DNA of 63,856 nt, the filler included, from Olpidium bornovanus S191 (lineage: Eukaryota > Fungi > Olpidiomycota), in NCBI GenBank assembly GCA_017911155.1. It is 36 parts of 36 records of this genome, joined end to end, with 100 filler letters (N's around TTAATTAATTAA, not from the genome) between each part and the next. Parts side by side here need not be neighbours in the genome. Positions count along the whole stretch, not along the records: positions 1 to 2,645 come from JAEFCI010006583.1; positions 2,746 to 4,117 come from JAEFCI010000303.1; positions 4,218 to 6,683 come from JAEFCI010001511.1; positions 6,784 to 9,621 come from JAEFCI010007250.1; positions 9,722 to 12,027 come from JAEFCI010006288.1; 31 more parts are not named here. One strand, written 5' to 3'. The notes beneath the pieces were generated by a model. That model was given only the letters and a program-made list of their open reading frames with translations, did not search any database and was not told the origin of the DNA. The translations under genes and the position numbers were made by a program. Shown here one piece after another: positions 1 through 11,282 of this stretch; the first letter of the stretch is position 1, and every line of letters starts with the position of its first letter.

Positions 1-1630
1 AAGTACAGCGTCCAGCTCGAGGTCGTCTGCAGGACGGATGAACGTGTCTACAACGTTATCTACCCGCATTGCCAATGTCACCAGTTTGTGGAAGGCGCAA
101 CGGTATGACAAGGCGAGCATGCCAGGAGAAAAGCACACAGCTTCCTCATCGCAATTGCTGTCACCGGAATTGCAGCCCTGACATGTCTCTCCTATAGAAA
201 ATTTTATGCTACAAGCTTTGCATGGAACCGTACTTGCTGCTGCTCAAGGCTTTCTTGGAGTTGGGCTGCTGCGATGAACTCACCCCAGTGAGCATCACAG
301 CCAGCATTGTTACTACCGAGCTGTTCTTAGTTTTTGTAGCCCATGATACTGGCACTGCTGCCTTCAGGTGCGTCCCAGACGTCATCCTCTCATCCAGCGC
401 TGCCCACGGCGCGGTCTCAGCCTGCTGCCATGCTCCGGTGCTTTTGCTTCCGCTTACACGGGAGGCCAGTATTGAAGTCGTTGCTGCTGCCGGCGGGCAC
501 GTTCCCGGCAACGGCTACCTGTGCTGCAGGCCTGCGGACTCTTCCCGTTCGTGCAGCAGCCTGTGAAGTTTGGGTCTGCCTTCCGCGCGCAGGCACAGCA
601 GGATGGTTCCTTTTAATTGTAATGGTTGCGTGCATCATTGACGGGTTGCTTCTGAGTTTCCCGTAGCTGCCGAGACAGCGAGCGGGGTCGGCGAAAGGGG
701 TTGCTATGATCACGGGATTGAAGTGGAGACGGGTACCCCACAATTGCGAGATCGTGAGCGAACGGGGTCGGCAGAAGCTCCCGGGAACAGGCTGAGGCAG
801 CAAAAACTGCAACGAAGAGTCGCATTGGCCTTATGACCTCTGAGTTGACGGCGCAGGCGGCAGACGGGATCGCGCTTCGCGTTCGAGGCTTCCGGGTTTA
901 TTCGGGTTGGAGGTACGAGTGTGTTGGAGTTATTTCTCGTAGTTCTGGTTTTATGTGTTTTGTGGGTCAAGCGACCTGCCCACACGTACACAGCAGCCAA
1001 TGCATGTAGCCGATGACATTGCGTTTTCCATTGATCACCATTCCATTGATCACCCTGTGCCTTCCCTCAGAGCGGGATTCGGGTATGCAGCAAAACATGC
1101 AGCTGCCAACCCATTGTCTATCGTTCCATTAGCTAGTTTGTAAAAACTGCAGCTGGCATTGCCTTCGTTTATTGCATGTACCAAGTGCGGAAGCGCAAAG
1201 CGCTTTGCCGCGGTCCCGTTCGTCAAGTATGCGGACGGGGCGAGGAACCGATGAAGGTGTACTTCAGCATGGAGAGCGGCGACCTCTGTCCCGTTTTGTC
1301 GGTCATTTCCCCAGGCTGCCTGCGTGCATGAGCGTTGGCGAGTTCAGGGAATCCACACGCATGTGGATGGGACGCACGAGGGACTCGTGGTCCGCCAGCT
1401 CTCGGTCAACTTGCACGCAGCGCGGTGGGCGCGTCTGTGCGCGGCGGGGATGGATGGACGGGAGGCAAAAGGGAGGGAGGACAGGGGCCGGAGGGAGGGG
1501 GAGTTGTCGTTCCTCCCGGCCGGTGCTGCCGTCACTCCGCCCGCCCACCCCACTCACGCCTCCTGGTAGCCGAACTCCCAAAAGGAAGAAAAAAAAAAAA
1601 AAAAAAAAAAAAACCAAAGCAACCGCGACC

Positions 1631-2518
1631 ATGGTGAGGAGGGAAGGTTGTTGACAGCCGCGCGCGAGCAGGCAGCCGGGCCAGATTGGCGCATGCCTTA
1701 CGCGAACCGCGGCGGTAACCGACGGAACAAGGAGAGAACCTCGGCTGAACCCAACCTGATGCTGCTGGCACCTGGAATTTCCCTCTTCTGACTCTCCTAC
1801 CGTCCGTGTTGCGCGCGTCACAAGGATGATTCGCTGTACGACGAGTTCGGAAACTTCATCGGGGCCGACTTTGAGGCTTCCGAGTCCGAAGACGAGGAAG
1901 CCCACTTGCCGCGTGAAGAGGAGGAAGACGGAGAGGACCATGACGACCGTGGAAACTTACCGCCGCGGCGTTCTGAGGGGGGCGAAGCGGACGGCGACGT
2001 AGAGATGCGCGAAGCGGAGTCCCAGCTCGTTGTCCACGGTACGTCGTGGCTGCATTGCGCGTAGCAAGTTTGCGTGCGCTCGACTCAGCGGAGAGCACTG
2101 CGTGTGTGACACGGAGGAAGGAACGCAACTGTTTCACAGGGCGTTCGACGTGGGGGGTTTGTTAGAAGGCGAACCTTGGCTTTGTTGGCTTGTTGGCGTG
2201 TTGGGAACGAGTTCGACTGTGCAAAATGCGCCAACCTGCCGCCTTTTTTCTATGGGACAAGATCCAGGATGCGGGCCTGAATTGACCATTGGCGTCGACA
2301 ACTTATTGAAATACACCTGCAGAACCATCGACTGCCGTTGTTCTTCACGAGGATAAGAAGTATTATCCTACTGCTGAAGAAGTGTATGGACAAGATGTCG
2401 AAACGCTTGTCCAGGAGGAGGACACCCAGCCTCTCTCGGAACCCATCATCCAGCCCATTAAAATCAAAAAATTTCAGGTGCAGGAGAAAGACTTGCCTGT
2501 GACCCGATATGAGAAGGA
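1631..2518 (+). CDS. SNU114: U5 snRNP GTPase Snu114/EFTUD2, 5' partial gene (3 exons: 1631-1633, 1825-~2038, ~2323-2518)
   Basis: Spliced translation [14 protein letters not shown]...[42 protein letters not shown] matches the Snu114 N-terminal domain. GT-AG sites: ATG|gtgagg, caag|GAT, GA|gtacgt. Confidence 0.95.
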
Positions 2519-3697
2519 GTACGTTTCCACCCTGTTGTGATCTCGCGCATTGCAGAATGTGCATTGAAGAATTCGTAACGGGGTTGGTCCGCGCTTTTTG
2601 GAGAATTCCCTTGGATTTGTTCAGCACGTAACTGTCGCTTCATGTNNNNNNNNNNNNNNNNNNNNNNNNNNNNNNNNNNNNNNNNNNNNTTAATTAATTA
2701 ANNNNNNNNNNNNNNNNNNNNNNNNNNNNNNNNNNNNNNNNNNNNCGGGTAGTGACCATTATCCACCACCCCCCCCCCCCCCCCCCCGCGCCCCCCAACC
2801 TTCTCTCTACCGCGGTGGCCCTGGCACGGCCAGAAGATTGGCAGGGAGGGGAGGAAGGGGAGTTTAGCGAGCATAAGTTTGTCGTTGTTCCTCAAGAATG
2901 CCAACTGGACAGAAAATTCCGGCTTGCCTCAATTCCATTCATAATAAAGGAGAGCTTGGTTGCTTTTTTGGGAGCAAGCGGCAGCAGCGACTCAAATGGC
3001 GGCCGGGTGCAAATATGACATTTGCGACAGTCCGATGCGGCAAAGAACTCGAGGCGGGGGCAGTTGCGTGGCTTCTGCCAGCATGAAAGATGAAGGAGGG
3101 CGGACGTTGCAGGACGCGGACGCCACGTGAGCGGCGGTCGAGAAGGTAATGCCGCCAAGCGAAGAAAGCGACGAGGACGCCTCCACCAAATCCAGCGGCC
3201 CGTGCGCGCACGCGCACCGGATGCACCCCCATTCCCACTTGTGACGCGGCATCGCAAACAAACGGGGCGCGCTAGCTCGCGGTACTGCGATTGACCCTCA
3301 AATACACCCCTGCCTGTGAGCAAATATTAAATGGTGTGTAGTATCATGTGACTCTTACTCCTGTTGATAATATACCGTTGCATCTAACAGCCACTATTAG
3401 TGGTACGCCGAGGTCAAGGAAAGCTGCCGCTGCCGCCGTTAGGGTTAGGCCGGTCACAGATTCAGCGGTTGCGGGAAGGGTTGGCGCTCTATCACGGCCA
3501 TCCTGCCCACCGAGGTGTTTTTGCCTGGAAGGTTGACCAGGAGGCTACACGCACACAGAGAAAAATCACATTTCAGACGGTGGGCCAAATTTCTGTCTCG
3601 GCATCCGGCATTCGGAGCAAGAGTATTCAGGCGGCTAATTAAAATTTGTGCGACTACATTCGTCCCAGGCTGGAGTTCTTAATAGATCTGCCTAAGC

Positions 3698-4000
3698 TCA
3701 GTAGAAGCCGCCCTTCCCATAGCCAAAAACTTTTTTCCCGCAGCCCTTTTTCCCGTAGCCCTTCTTCCCGTAGCCCTTCTTCCCGTAGCCGCCGAATCCC
3801 TTCTTCCCGTAGCCGCCGTAGCCTTTGCCCTTCCCATAGCCGCCGTAATCCTTTCCTTTTCCGTAGCCGTTGTCGGAGCCTCCGGGCGGGAAGGGCTTCG
3901 GAGCCGGCGCCGGCGCTGGCGCCGGATCAGGATGAGGCGCTGCGCTAACGACCTGTGCGAGGACAGCAACGGCGACGGCGGCGATGACAGCGACCTTCAT
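3698..4000 (-). CDS. Small secreted Gly/Tyr/Lys-rich (GYGKK repeat) protein, 100 aa, intronless
   Basis: ATG-to-stop ORF with hydrophobic signal peptide MKVAVIAAVAVAVLAQVVSA, a Pro-rich segment, then 7 GYGK motifs plus one GCGKK encoded by ~15-nt repeats. Confidence 0.85.
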   Translation of the reverse strand: MKVAVIAAVAVAVLAQVVSAAPHPDPAPAPAPAPKPFPPGGSDNGYGKGKDYGGYGKGKGYGGYGKKGFGGYGKKGYGKKGYGKKGCGKKVFGYGKGGFY

Positions 4001-4217
4001 GATTTCCGTTTATTTTGCAGGATGTGAAGGATGTCCTGGAACGGCGAGCTCCTTTGCGAAGCAGTCGAAGGGTTTGGGGCAAACACACGGAGTCAACCAA
4101 AACGACTGTAGATAACGNNNNNNNNNNNNNNNNNNNNNNNNNNNNNNNNNNNNNNNNNNNNTTAATTAATTAANNNNNNNNNNNNNNNNNNNNNNNNNNN
4201 NNNNNNNNNNNNNNNNN

Positions 4218-4269
<52 letters not shown>

Positions 4270-4423
4270 ACCCCACCCCACGCGCGGTCGGCTCCCCGTT
4301 TCCACCCTCTCCTTCCTCCCCGCCCTCCGCGCCGGGTCGCGTTCGGCGCGCGTTCTGCGCGACGCCGCGTCGGCTTACCCGTGCTTCTCGCCGAAACCCC
4401 TTTTTTTTTTTCGCCGGGAAAAA

Positions 4424-5098
4424 AGTACAACGAGGACGACGACGAGGACTACAATGACGACGACGAGGACGAAAATGAGGTAAAAGAAAAGAAAAAAAAA
4501 AATAAAGGAAAGGAAAGGAAACAAAACAAAACAAAACAAAACAAAGGAAAGAAAACAACGCGTCCGGAGGATTTCGGTGCTTCGGGGCGGGAAAAGGGGG
4601 AGATGTGTGTGCTGACAAAGCCCGTCCTCGGTTGGGGGTTTCCTCTGTTGCGGGGCGGTGGGGGAATTTTTTTTTTTGGTGAACCCTCGTGTCGTTAGGA
4701 CGACGACAGCGACGAGGACGCCGAGGAGGGCGGTGACGAGGACGACGAGGTTGTAACCCAGGAAGAGGTAAGCCGGTTTGGAGCCCCCGTCTCTCACGTT
4801 CCACCCCCCCCCCCCCCCCCCCCCGCCCCCCCCCCCCCCCCCGCCCGCTGTTCGCGCTTCCTCCCCCTAGCCACCTTTGTCCTTCTGCTTAGTTATCTTA
4901 CTCTTTTGGTTTGCGTTTTCTCTGACGCGTTCCCTCAAGGCCAACGAGCTGCTAAAGGACGGCCCGCTGCCTGACGCTCGCAAGATACTCCGCGGCGGCA
5001 AGGTTCTCCCCGATCCTGAGAACGTCGAGGAGATAACCTCCAAGGTCAAGGGAATGTTTGAGGCTTCCATGCCTTCTGCTGCCGCCGAGCCCCGCTAA
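4424..5098 (+). CDS. 3' exons of an unidentified protein with an acidic tract (KYNEDDDEDY..., DDDSDEDAEEGG..., ANELLKDGPLPDARKILRGGKVLPDPENVEEITSKVKGMFEAS*)
   Basis: GC-rich coding-like segments bounded by gtaaaa/gtaag donors and tag/aag acceptors. No family recognised. Confidence 0.5.
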
Positions 5099-5677
5099 GG
5101 GCACGCGGCAGAGCAAAAAAAGAAACTGTTCCGGCGGCGCGGGGTGACCGTTGGTTTCGCACACTGCATTCCTGGCACCCGGGCGCAAGAGAGAACGTCC
5201 CCCCTTTCACCGCACGTTTGGGTTTGTTTCGAATCCTTGCGCACTTTTTTTATTCGCATGTCCATTTGCGCCGTCGCAAAAAAGCTTTACTTTCTCACGT
5301 CACCGCCAGACGCACAGGGCCGCGCCTTTCTCTGGCGGTTTTTTTCAGCATTGTCTGACAATTACACCGGCCGCTAAAACAAAAAAGACATTCTTGATTT
5401 TGCAGCGATTGCCGGCTGTTTTCCTTTGGCGCCGCCCATTGACCGTAGAAGAGGTCAGCGAGTCGCAACGGCAACGGCGGCAAGGCGCGTGGACACGGTT
5501 TGGGCGGGTGGGCCGAGTCGAGACGTGGCCGACCAAGATGGCTCTGGCAAGAATACCTGACCCGGGCACGCGCCGATCCGGTGAACCGCAGCACCATAGG
5601 CTTCCAAACAACCCGCCGGACTTCATCTCACCGAACCCCACAGCGTTGACAACCTCATATTCTTAGTTCCAAACTAG

Positions 5678-6526
5678 TTACTTAAAATAGTGCATGTCGA
5701 GCCCGCCAAATTCTCCACCCTCGCCATCTGCAGGCGGGTCACCTGCAACGTAAAAATTCCGCACATTGATTTCCAACGTCTCGAAGCGTCTGATGGTCTC
5801 CAAAACAAGGTCACGAGACTGCGCTTGATCAAATTCGGTTCTCATGTTAATAAGCTTGATCCCCTCATTGCCGTGGGCCGCCAATGGCTCGCTGTCGTAA
5901 ATCTGGATGAATCCGATGGCCTTGTCCAGCCCTTTGACGACATTTAACCACTCGAACCACAAGAACCGCCGGTTGCGTGCGTCCTCGTTGAATTTGCGGC
6001 GAACGGCTGTTAAAAGGCCGCGCGACACGGCGCGCAGCCAGGCGCCCAGCTCGTCGTCCTGAAGCGCGAGGACGCGGCCCTCGGAGAGCTGCTCGGTCTG
6101 CGAGGGGCCGGTATACAATAAAGCGTCTATGGTCCCGAGGAACGCCGTCAGCGCGAGCAAACGTCCTTCGCCGGGAGCGTCCTTGCAGAGGACGTGCACG
6201 TTGCGGCCGTCCTCGACGTCGCGCACGAAGTTCTGCGCGCGGACAACGGCGGCGGGGTCGGCGCCGGCGGCGTGGCGGTCGTGCGGCATCGGAGCGTCGA
6301 AGTCAAGGTCGGGCTGGACAAACGGAAAGGCGTACGTGATGTGGTTGATGACCCGCTCCGCCAGGTTCAGGTGGGCCCAGATGGCGCACCTGGACACGTT
6401 GGAGAAAGACGGCGGCGGAGGGGCGAACGGGTGCCCGAGGAGGGCCGCGGCGGCCGGTCGCGCCGGCGGGACGGCGGCGACCAGTGCCAGCACCGCGGGG
6501 GACGCCGGCGGCAGCGAGAGCCTCAT
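5678..6526 (-). CDS. Intronless hypothetical protein (282 aa), probably secreted, no recognised domain
   Basis: Uninterrupted ORF from MRLSL... with globular composition, GC-rich codon usage, an N-terminal hydrophobic stretch and an upstream TATA box. Confidence 0.75.
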   Translation of the reverse strand: MRLSLPPASPAVLALVAAVPPARPAAAALLGHPFAPPPPSFSNVSRCAIWAHLNLAERVINHITYAFPFVQPDLDFDAPMPHDRHAAGADPAAVVRAQNFVRDVEDGRNVHVLCKDAPGEGRLLALTAFLGTIDALLYTGPSQTEQLSEGRVLALQDDELGAWLRAVSRGLLTAVRRKFNEDARNRRFLWFEWLNVVKGLDKAIGFIQIYDSEPLAAHGNEGIKLINMRTEFDQAQSRDLVLETIRRFETLEINVRNFYVAGDPPADGEGGEFGGLDMHYFK

Positions 6527-6632
6527 ATTTTGGTTTTTTTTTCTTTTTTTTTTCCCTTTCCTCGGCGGGCGCGGGGTAGGGGTGGAACGCTTCTCTGGGG
6601 GAAAAACAAAAAAAAAAAAAAGAGAGCGTTCC

Positions 6633-6640
6633 TTATATAA
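6633..6640 (-). promoter_or_regulatory. Candidate TATA box (TTATATAA) ~110 bp upstream of the 6526 ATG
   Basis: Consensus TATATAA with plausible spacing to the ATG. Confidence 0.5.
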
Positions 6641-8098
6641 CCGAAAGCCCCGTCCTCTGTTACCCGACAACAAAAAAAAAAAANNNNNNNNNNNNNNNNN
6701 NNNNNNNNNNNNNNNNNNNNNNNNNNNTTAATTAATTAANNNNNNNNNNNNNNNNNNNNNNNNNNNNNNNNNNNNNNNNNNNNCATGAGCACAAAAACCG
6801 CTTGTTAATTGTCTTTCCTCGTTGGATAATTTCTACCGCGTCAACTCAAGATATGGCGATGACCGACGCGCATACCCGATCAAATCCTTGTTTTTTCTCG
6901 TGCACTGTTGGTTGAACAAAACCATACAACAAATGCAGTATGTATGCCCGACCGCAGTTCCTTCCGTCCCCAAATTCCCGAATTCCGTTACACGCGCATA
7001 GATAACTTCTTATTCACTTTGCTCGACTTGCGCGGACGTAGTTCCAGGGTCCACCTGGCGCGGAAACTCCCACCACGGGACGCGGTGACAGCGGAGAGAC
7101 GCCGGTATCGAACCAATCAAGTTTAGAAATGAAAGCTGTAGCAAAATTCGGCGCCTTTGAATCGCACAGTCCGTGAATGCCGAATGCAGTTTCGGATGTC
7201 GGGAGAGCATGATGGCTGCTCTGTTTGCGTACCAGCACTATCTTGCTACGGTGTCGCCTGTGGACCATGTTGCGCCAACGTAGGGCGGTTGTGGTTACAA
7301 CCAGCGTATGTTTCAAGAGTATCCCTTGCCGGGCTTAATCCCCCCTCCCTCTTGTTTGCGCAAGGCCCGTCGGGGGGCTCGATCTTGTCAAGTTGCGCCT
7401 TGTCTTCTGGCATGGTGTCCCCAGCGCGTCCCTATCCCGCACAAACTTCAATGAGAGGCGTTTATGCTCACCCTAGCGTTCAGAGTAGACTTGCAGGCGC
7501 GCAGGTGGGCATTACAAGGACCTGTTTTCCTTGGACCCAGCGCACTAGTAATCTTAACTCTCTCTCCGAAATGAGACTGCACCGATATAAAAAATTGCGT
7601 GCGCAAACCTTGCCAGCAGGTAATTTTGCCGGCCGCGTTGCCTTAACCGCCCAGGGGAAGAAAGGGGGCAGGGAGGGGAAAAACGGGGAGCGCTCGGAAA
7701 TTAAAACGGACAGGGCCGGTTTCTCCGGCACAGTCTCACGTGACCTCTCCAATTTTCGCAACAGGGAAACCCAGAAAAAAGTCTGCGCCTCCTTGCAAGG
7801 GCCCCTAACCTTCCGACACTCAAAGCCAAGCTGGGACGTTCGGCCCGAGCGACGATCACCGGCGGCCGTTTCTCGTTCTCGCAAAGGGCGTACGGGTCAA
7901 CTCGTCCTCGCACCTGTTTGGGTCTTGTCTCCGGTGGACAAGCCGGGCGGTCGAGGGACCTGGTTGCTGACCGGGCTCCAGTTCTAACGCAGACCGGGAT
8001 TAGAGTGCCCCCCGCCGTCTGCTCAACCTCCGCCCCCGAGGGGCGTCGGTTGCGCCGTCGACATCCCCGTCCGGCCAAATCGCCGTCAGCGTGCCGGC

Positions 8099-9621
8099 AT
8101 GAGTGCGCCTGCAACGAGGACGCCGCCCGCGTCGCTGCTCCTAGCCGCGATGTGCGTCTGCATCTCCGCGCTTCTTAGCGCGACCTGCGCCTCCTCATCC
8201 GCGGAGCTCGCGCTGCGGCACCACCCGCAGAGGCCGCCGCCGGCCGCGCTGGCCCCGGTCGTGAGGCGCGAGGAAGCGGCAGAAAGCCCCCCGCCTTCGC
8301 ACGCTGCCGTCCCGCCCTCCTCCATTGCCGGCACCAGCACTGTGCTCGTCGCGACGCTCGACGGGTCTATCCACGCCGTGGATAAGCTCGACGGGAGCCT
8401 CCGGTGGACGTGGTCTTCCGGCAGCCCGCTGCTCTCCAGCGCCTCTTACAGGCCGTCCCGAAGCGCGCGGACGGCCAACCCCGCGGACCTGGATTTAGAC
8501 GACGACGACGAGTGGCACTTTGGCCAACCGGACCGACGCTTTCCTCGCAATTCGCGGCCGCCGGAGGGCGACGGGCTGGCGACCGCTACCCTCGGGGTGG
8601 CAACGGACGAACAGCCGCAGGACGTCGAATATATTTTGGAGCCGACGGCGGAGGGATCGCTGTTTATGTACCGACCTGGAAATCCCCGTCAGATTGAGGT
8701 AACAACTTGTACCCCCCCCCCCCGCCCCCTGCCCCCGGCCCCACCCGCGACCGTACATAGGCGTCGTTTTCCCGTGCCTGCGCTGACTCGCCTTGCCCTT
8801 TTTGCAGAAACTGAGATTCCCAATCAAAGACCTCGTCGACAAAACACCATTTTGGACCGTCGATGGAACAGTTTACCTTGGGAGCAAAACAACCTCGTTC
8901 TTTGCCTTGAACCCAGAAACGGGAGAGTTGTTGGAGGCATACGGCGATAATTTCACCGCCCCTGACGGCGGTAAAAAAATACCAGGCCGTAGCATTTTGT
9001 TCGGTCGGAAAGGCAGGTGGCAGACTGGTGGCCCGAGGTTGCCGGGTTTTATTGTACGTTCCAGGATCTTGACGCGGTTCGTTTGGATCTTTGCAGTGTA
9101 CAAGCTTTCGATCCGGAACAGACACGGCGGACGCCGCTGGTTCATAACGTACGCGGAGTTTGTCTCAGCAGATGTTAATGAGGCAGCACGGCCGCCGTTT
9201 CTGGCGTACGAGACGCCCTTCGTCACCGCGGGAGGTGGCGGCGGTGTAGTTTCGGACGTTCTCACCCGTCGGTGGGAGCGGAAGTTCGACAGCCCGGCCA
9301 TTGCAGTCTTCGACGTCTTCACGTCCACCGCCCAGACGGGTCTCATTGTGTCCAAGCAGCCGACTGATCCGGAACTGGTGCGTTCGCTGCAGAAAGTGGT
9401 TGGCGAACGGCCACAAACCGCCTACGTGGGACACCTCAATGGCCAGCTCTATGCGTTGTCTGCGGCATACTACCCGCTAGTCCAAATGATTGAGATGATC
9501 AATGGAAGGCCTCTGCTGTTGGGCTCGACGCCTCGATCTGCCGCCGGACGCGGGGAACTCATTCACGAAACCACTTCTGCTTACTCCTCGGCAAGTGGGG
9601 AGGAGCTGGATTGCCGGCATG
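8099..9621 (+). CDS. IRE1: IRE1 ER stress sensor, N-terminal luminal domain, 3' truncated (introns 8699-8807 and 9013-9096)
   Basis: Signal peptide, then VLVATLDGSIHAVDKLDGSLRWT, YILEPTAEGSLFMY, IKDLVDKTPF and VYLGSKTTSFFALNPETGELL, all typical of the IRE1 luminal domain. Confidence 0.9.
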
Positions 9622-9721
9622 NNNNNNNNNNNNNNNNNNNNNNNNNNNNNNNNNNNNNNNNNNNNTTAATTAATTAANNNNNNNNNNNNNNNNNNNNNNN
9701 NNNNNNNNNNNNNNNNNNNNN

Positions 9722-11282
9722 CATGCTCGTGAAGATAATTGAGTACGCTGGAAAATATGTACTCAGACGAACGTTTCCATCTGCGGCATCGGAAAGACAG
9801 AACACGGACCTAGCAATCCTACCCAGACAAAAAAGTTTCGCAAATAGAAGACTCCACCGGCCCATACCTACGGTAATGAAAACATTGTTAGATCAGGTCA
9901 TTGCGTTTGTACTTAGTCACATCGAACGATAACCGACAAGCTGAATTTCCTCGACGACGTAGGACAACGCAAAGACCCACAGTGCAATCTCGATCCATGA
10001 GGCGTACTCTGGCCATGGTCTTTGGAAATTGATGCAGTATGTGTACAGACTGAGGAAGACAAGAGCTGACGTCTCAGAAATGAAGTTCTGGTTTCTTCGT
10101 TCGGTAAGTTATGTTGTTTAGTCAAAAGCAGCAGAGTCAGACCCTTCCCCCCCCCCCCCCCCACCCCCCCTCACAATCGGTACGGTCGAGAAACGATTCC
10201 AGCTGTCTAAATACCTCGGCACACGCAGTCTGGAGCGGCAAGGAGAGGGGTGAGCGAGGGCGAACTACGGCATCCGGAAGGCGCCAAATGTATCACGCGT
10301 ACCGATCGGTCGCAAATCGTTCCCTGAATGTCCGAGGCTGCCTCTTCTCGCTGTATGGTACGTAGAGCACTCCCGTTCGATCGTTCGGCGCATCCAGGAT
10401 CAATTCGCCGCGCCAGAGATCCTGAGAAATAATGGGCTGTCACCGGCAACACTTTCGAGCTTTTGGCCAATAGGGGATGGACATATTAACCGCACCGTGA
10501 CGCACTGTTGGACATACGAATCCACAATGAAGTATTCAAACTCATGAGCGACGGCCAGCTCAATTGCAGAGTCCTGGGCTTGCCCCTTTTCGGTCATCAC
10601 TGCAGCACGTCACTTGGTAGCAAAGAATTACTCTACAATGTCCGCTTCTTCCCTCGATACACCTACCTCGTATCCGACGCGTCAACACGTTAACATTGCG
10701 TTGCCTGACACCATGAAATGTCCGGAGACTGCGAGATGGGACGCCAGGAGGAATCCCAGAGAGGACGCCGTTGCATAAGCTTCTCAGCAGCGCAATGATT
10801 TTCCAGATATCGCGACCAAGACCTACACGCGAACCGCAGCAGCCTCGCAGAAGAACGATCGCATCTCGTTCAAGGGTTTTTCATGAGCATGTTCCGTCTG
10901 CGCGAGCCGGGCCATTTCGAACCAACAGGCAGACGTATAAAAAATCACAGCAAAGCGCCCCGGTGCAACGAGCTATGCCACAAACCTTTCGAAAAATAAG
11001 CGCGGTTCGTAACGCAGCGAGTGGCCCGGCGGTCCCAGCCATGCGCTTGATCTCGCACACAAACTCCGAGGTCAACACGGTGGATCCGGGCCGCGTAATC
11101 ATCTTCACCGTGCAGCCGTTGCCCACGCGATCGACGGCGGTGCTGTATATCAAGCGTATGACGGACTGGGGCAAATCCCTGACGTTGTCCTCCGCGGCTT
11201 CCGTGTCGCGAAGAAGCCCGACGGCGCCTTCCTCGTCCTCGGGCGGCGGGCGGGAGGCGGCTGCCCGCGCAAAGACGGCCAT
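9722..11282 (-). CDS. YVC1: YVC1/TRPY1-like TRP cation channel, multi-exon, 3' truncated
   Basis: Exon peptides resemble fungal Yvc1: MITRPGSTVLTSEFV (cf. ITxPxSxIIT), SAIELAVAHEFEYFIVDSYVQQCV (cf. SALEIA...F.....VQ), and transmembrane LVFLSLYTYCI...WIEIALWVFALSYVVEEI. Exon boundaries are approximate. Confidence 0.65.

Noticed and set aside
209-1143. ORFs at the window start
   Set aside because: Short, stop-interrupted and without recognisable motifs; may be decayed repeat DNA, but unsupported.
2690-2701. Recurrent TTAATTAATTAA as a biological repeat or CRISPR-like array
   Set aside because: Always embedded in N-runs with six-frame stops; it is a contig-joining linker.
7157-7987. 276-aa ORF upstream of IRE1
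   Set aside because: No domain, non-ATG start and random-like composition; probably intergenic or promoter DNA.
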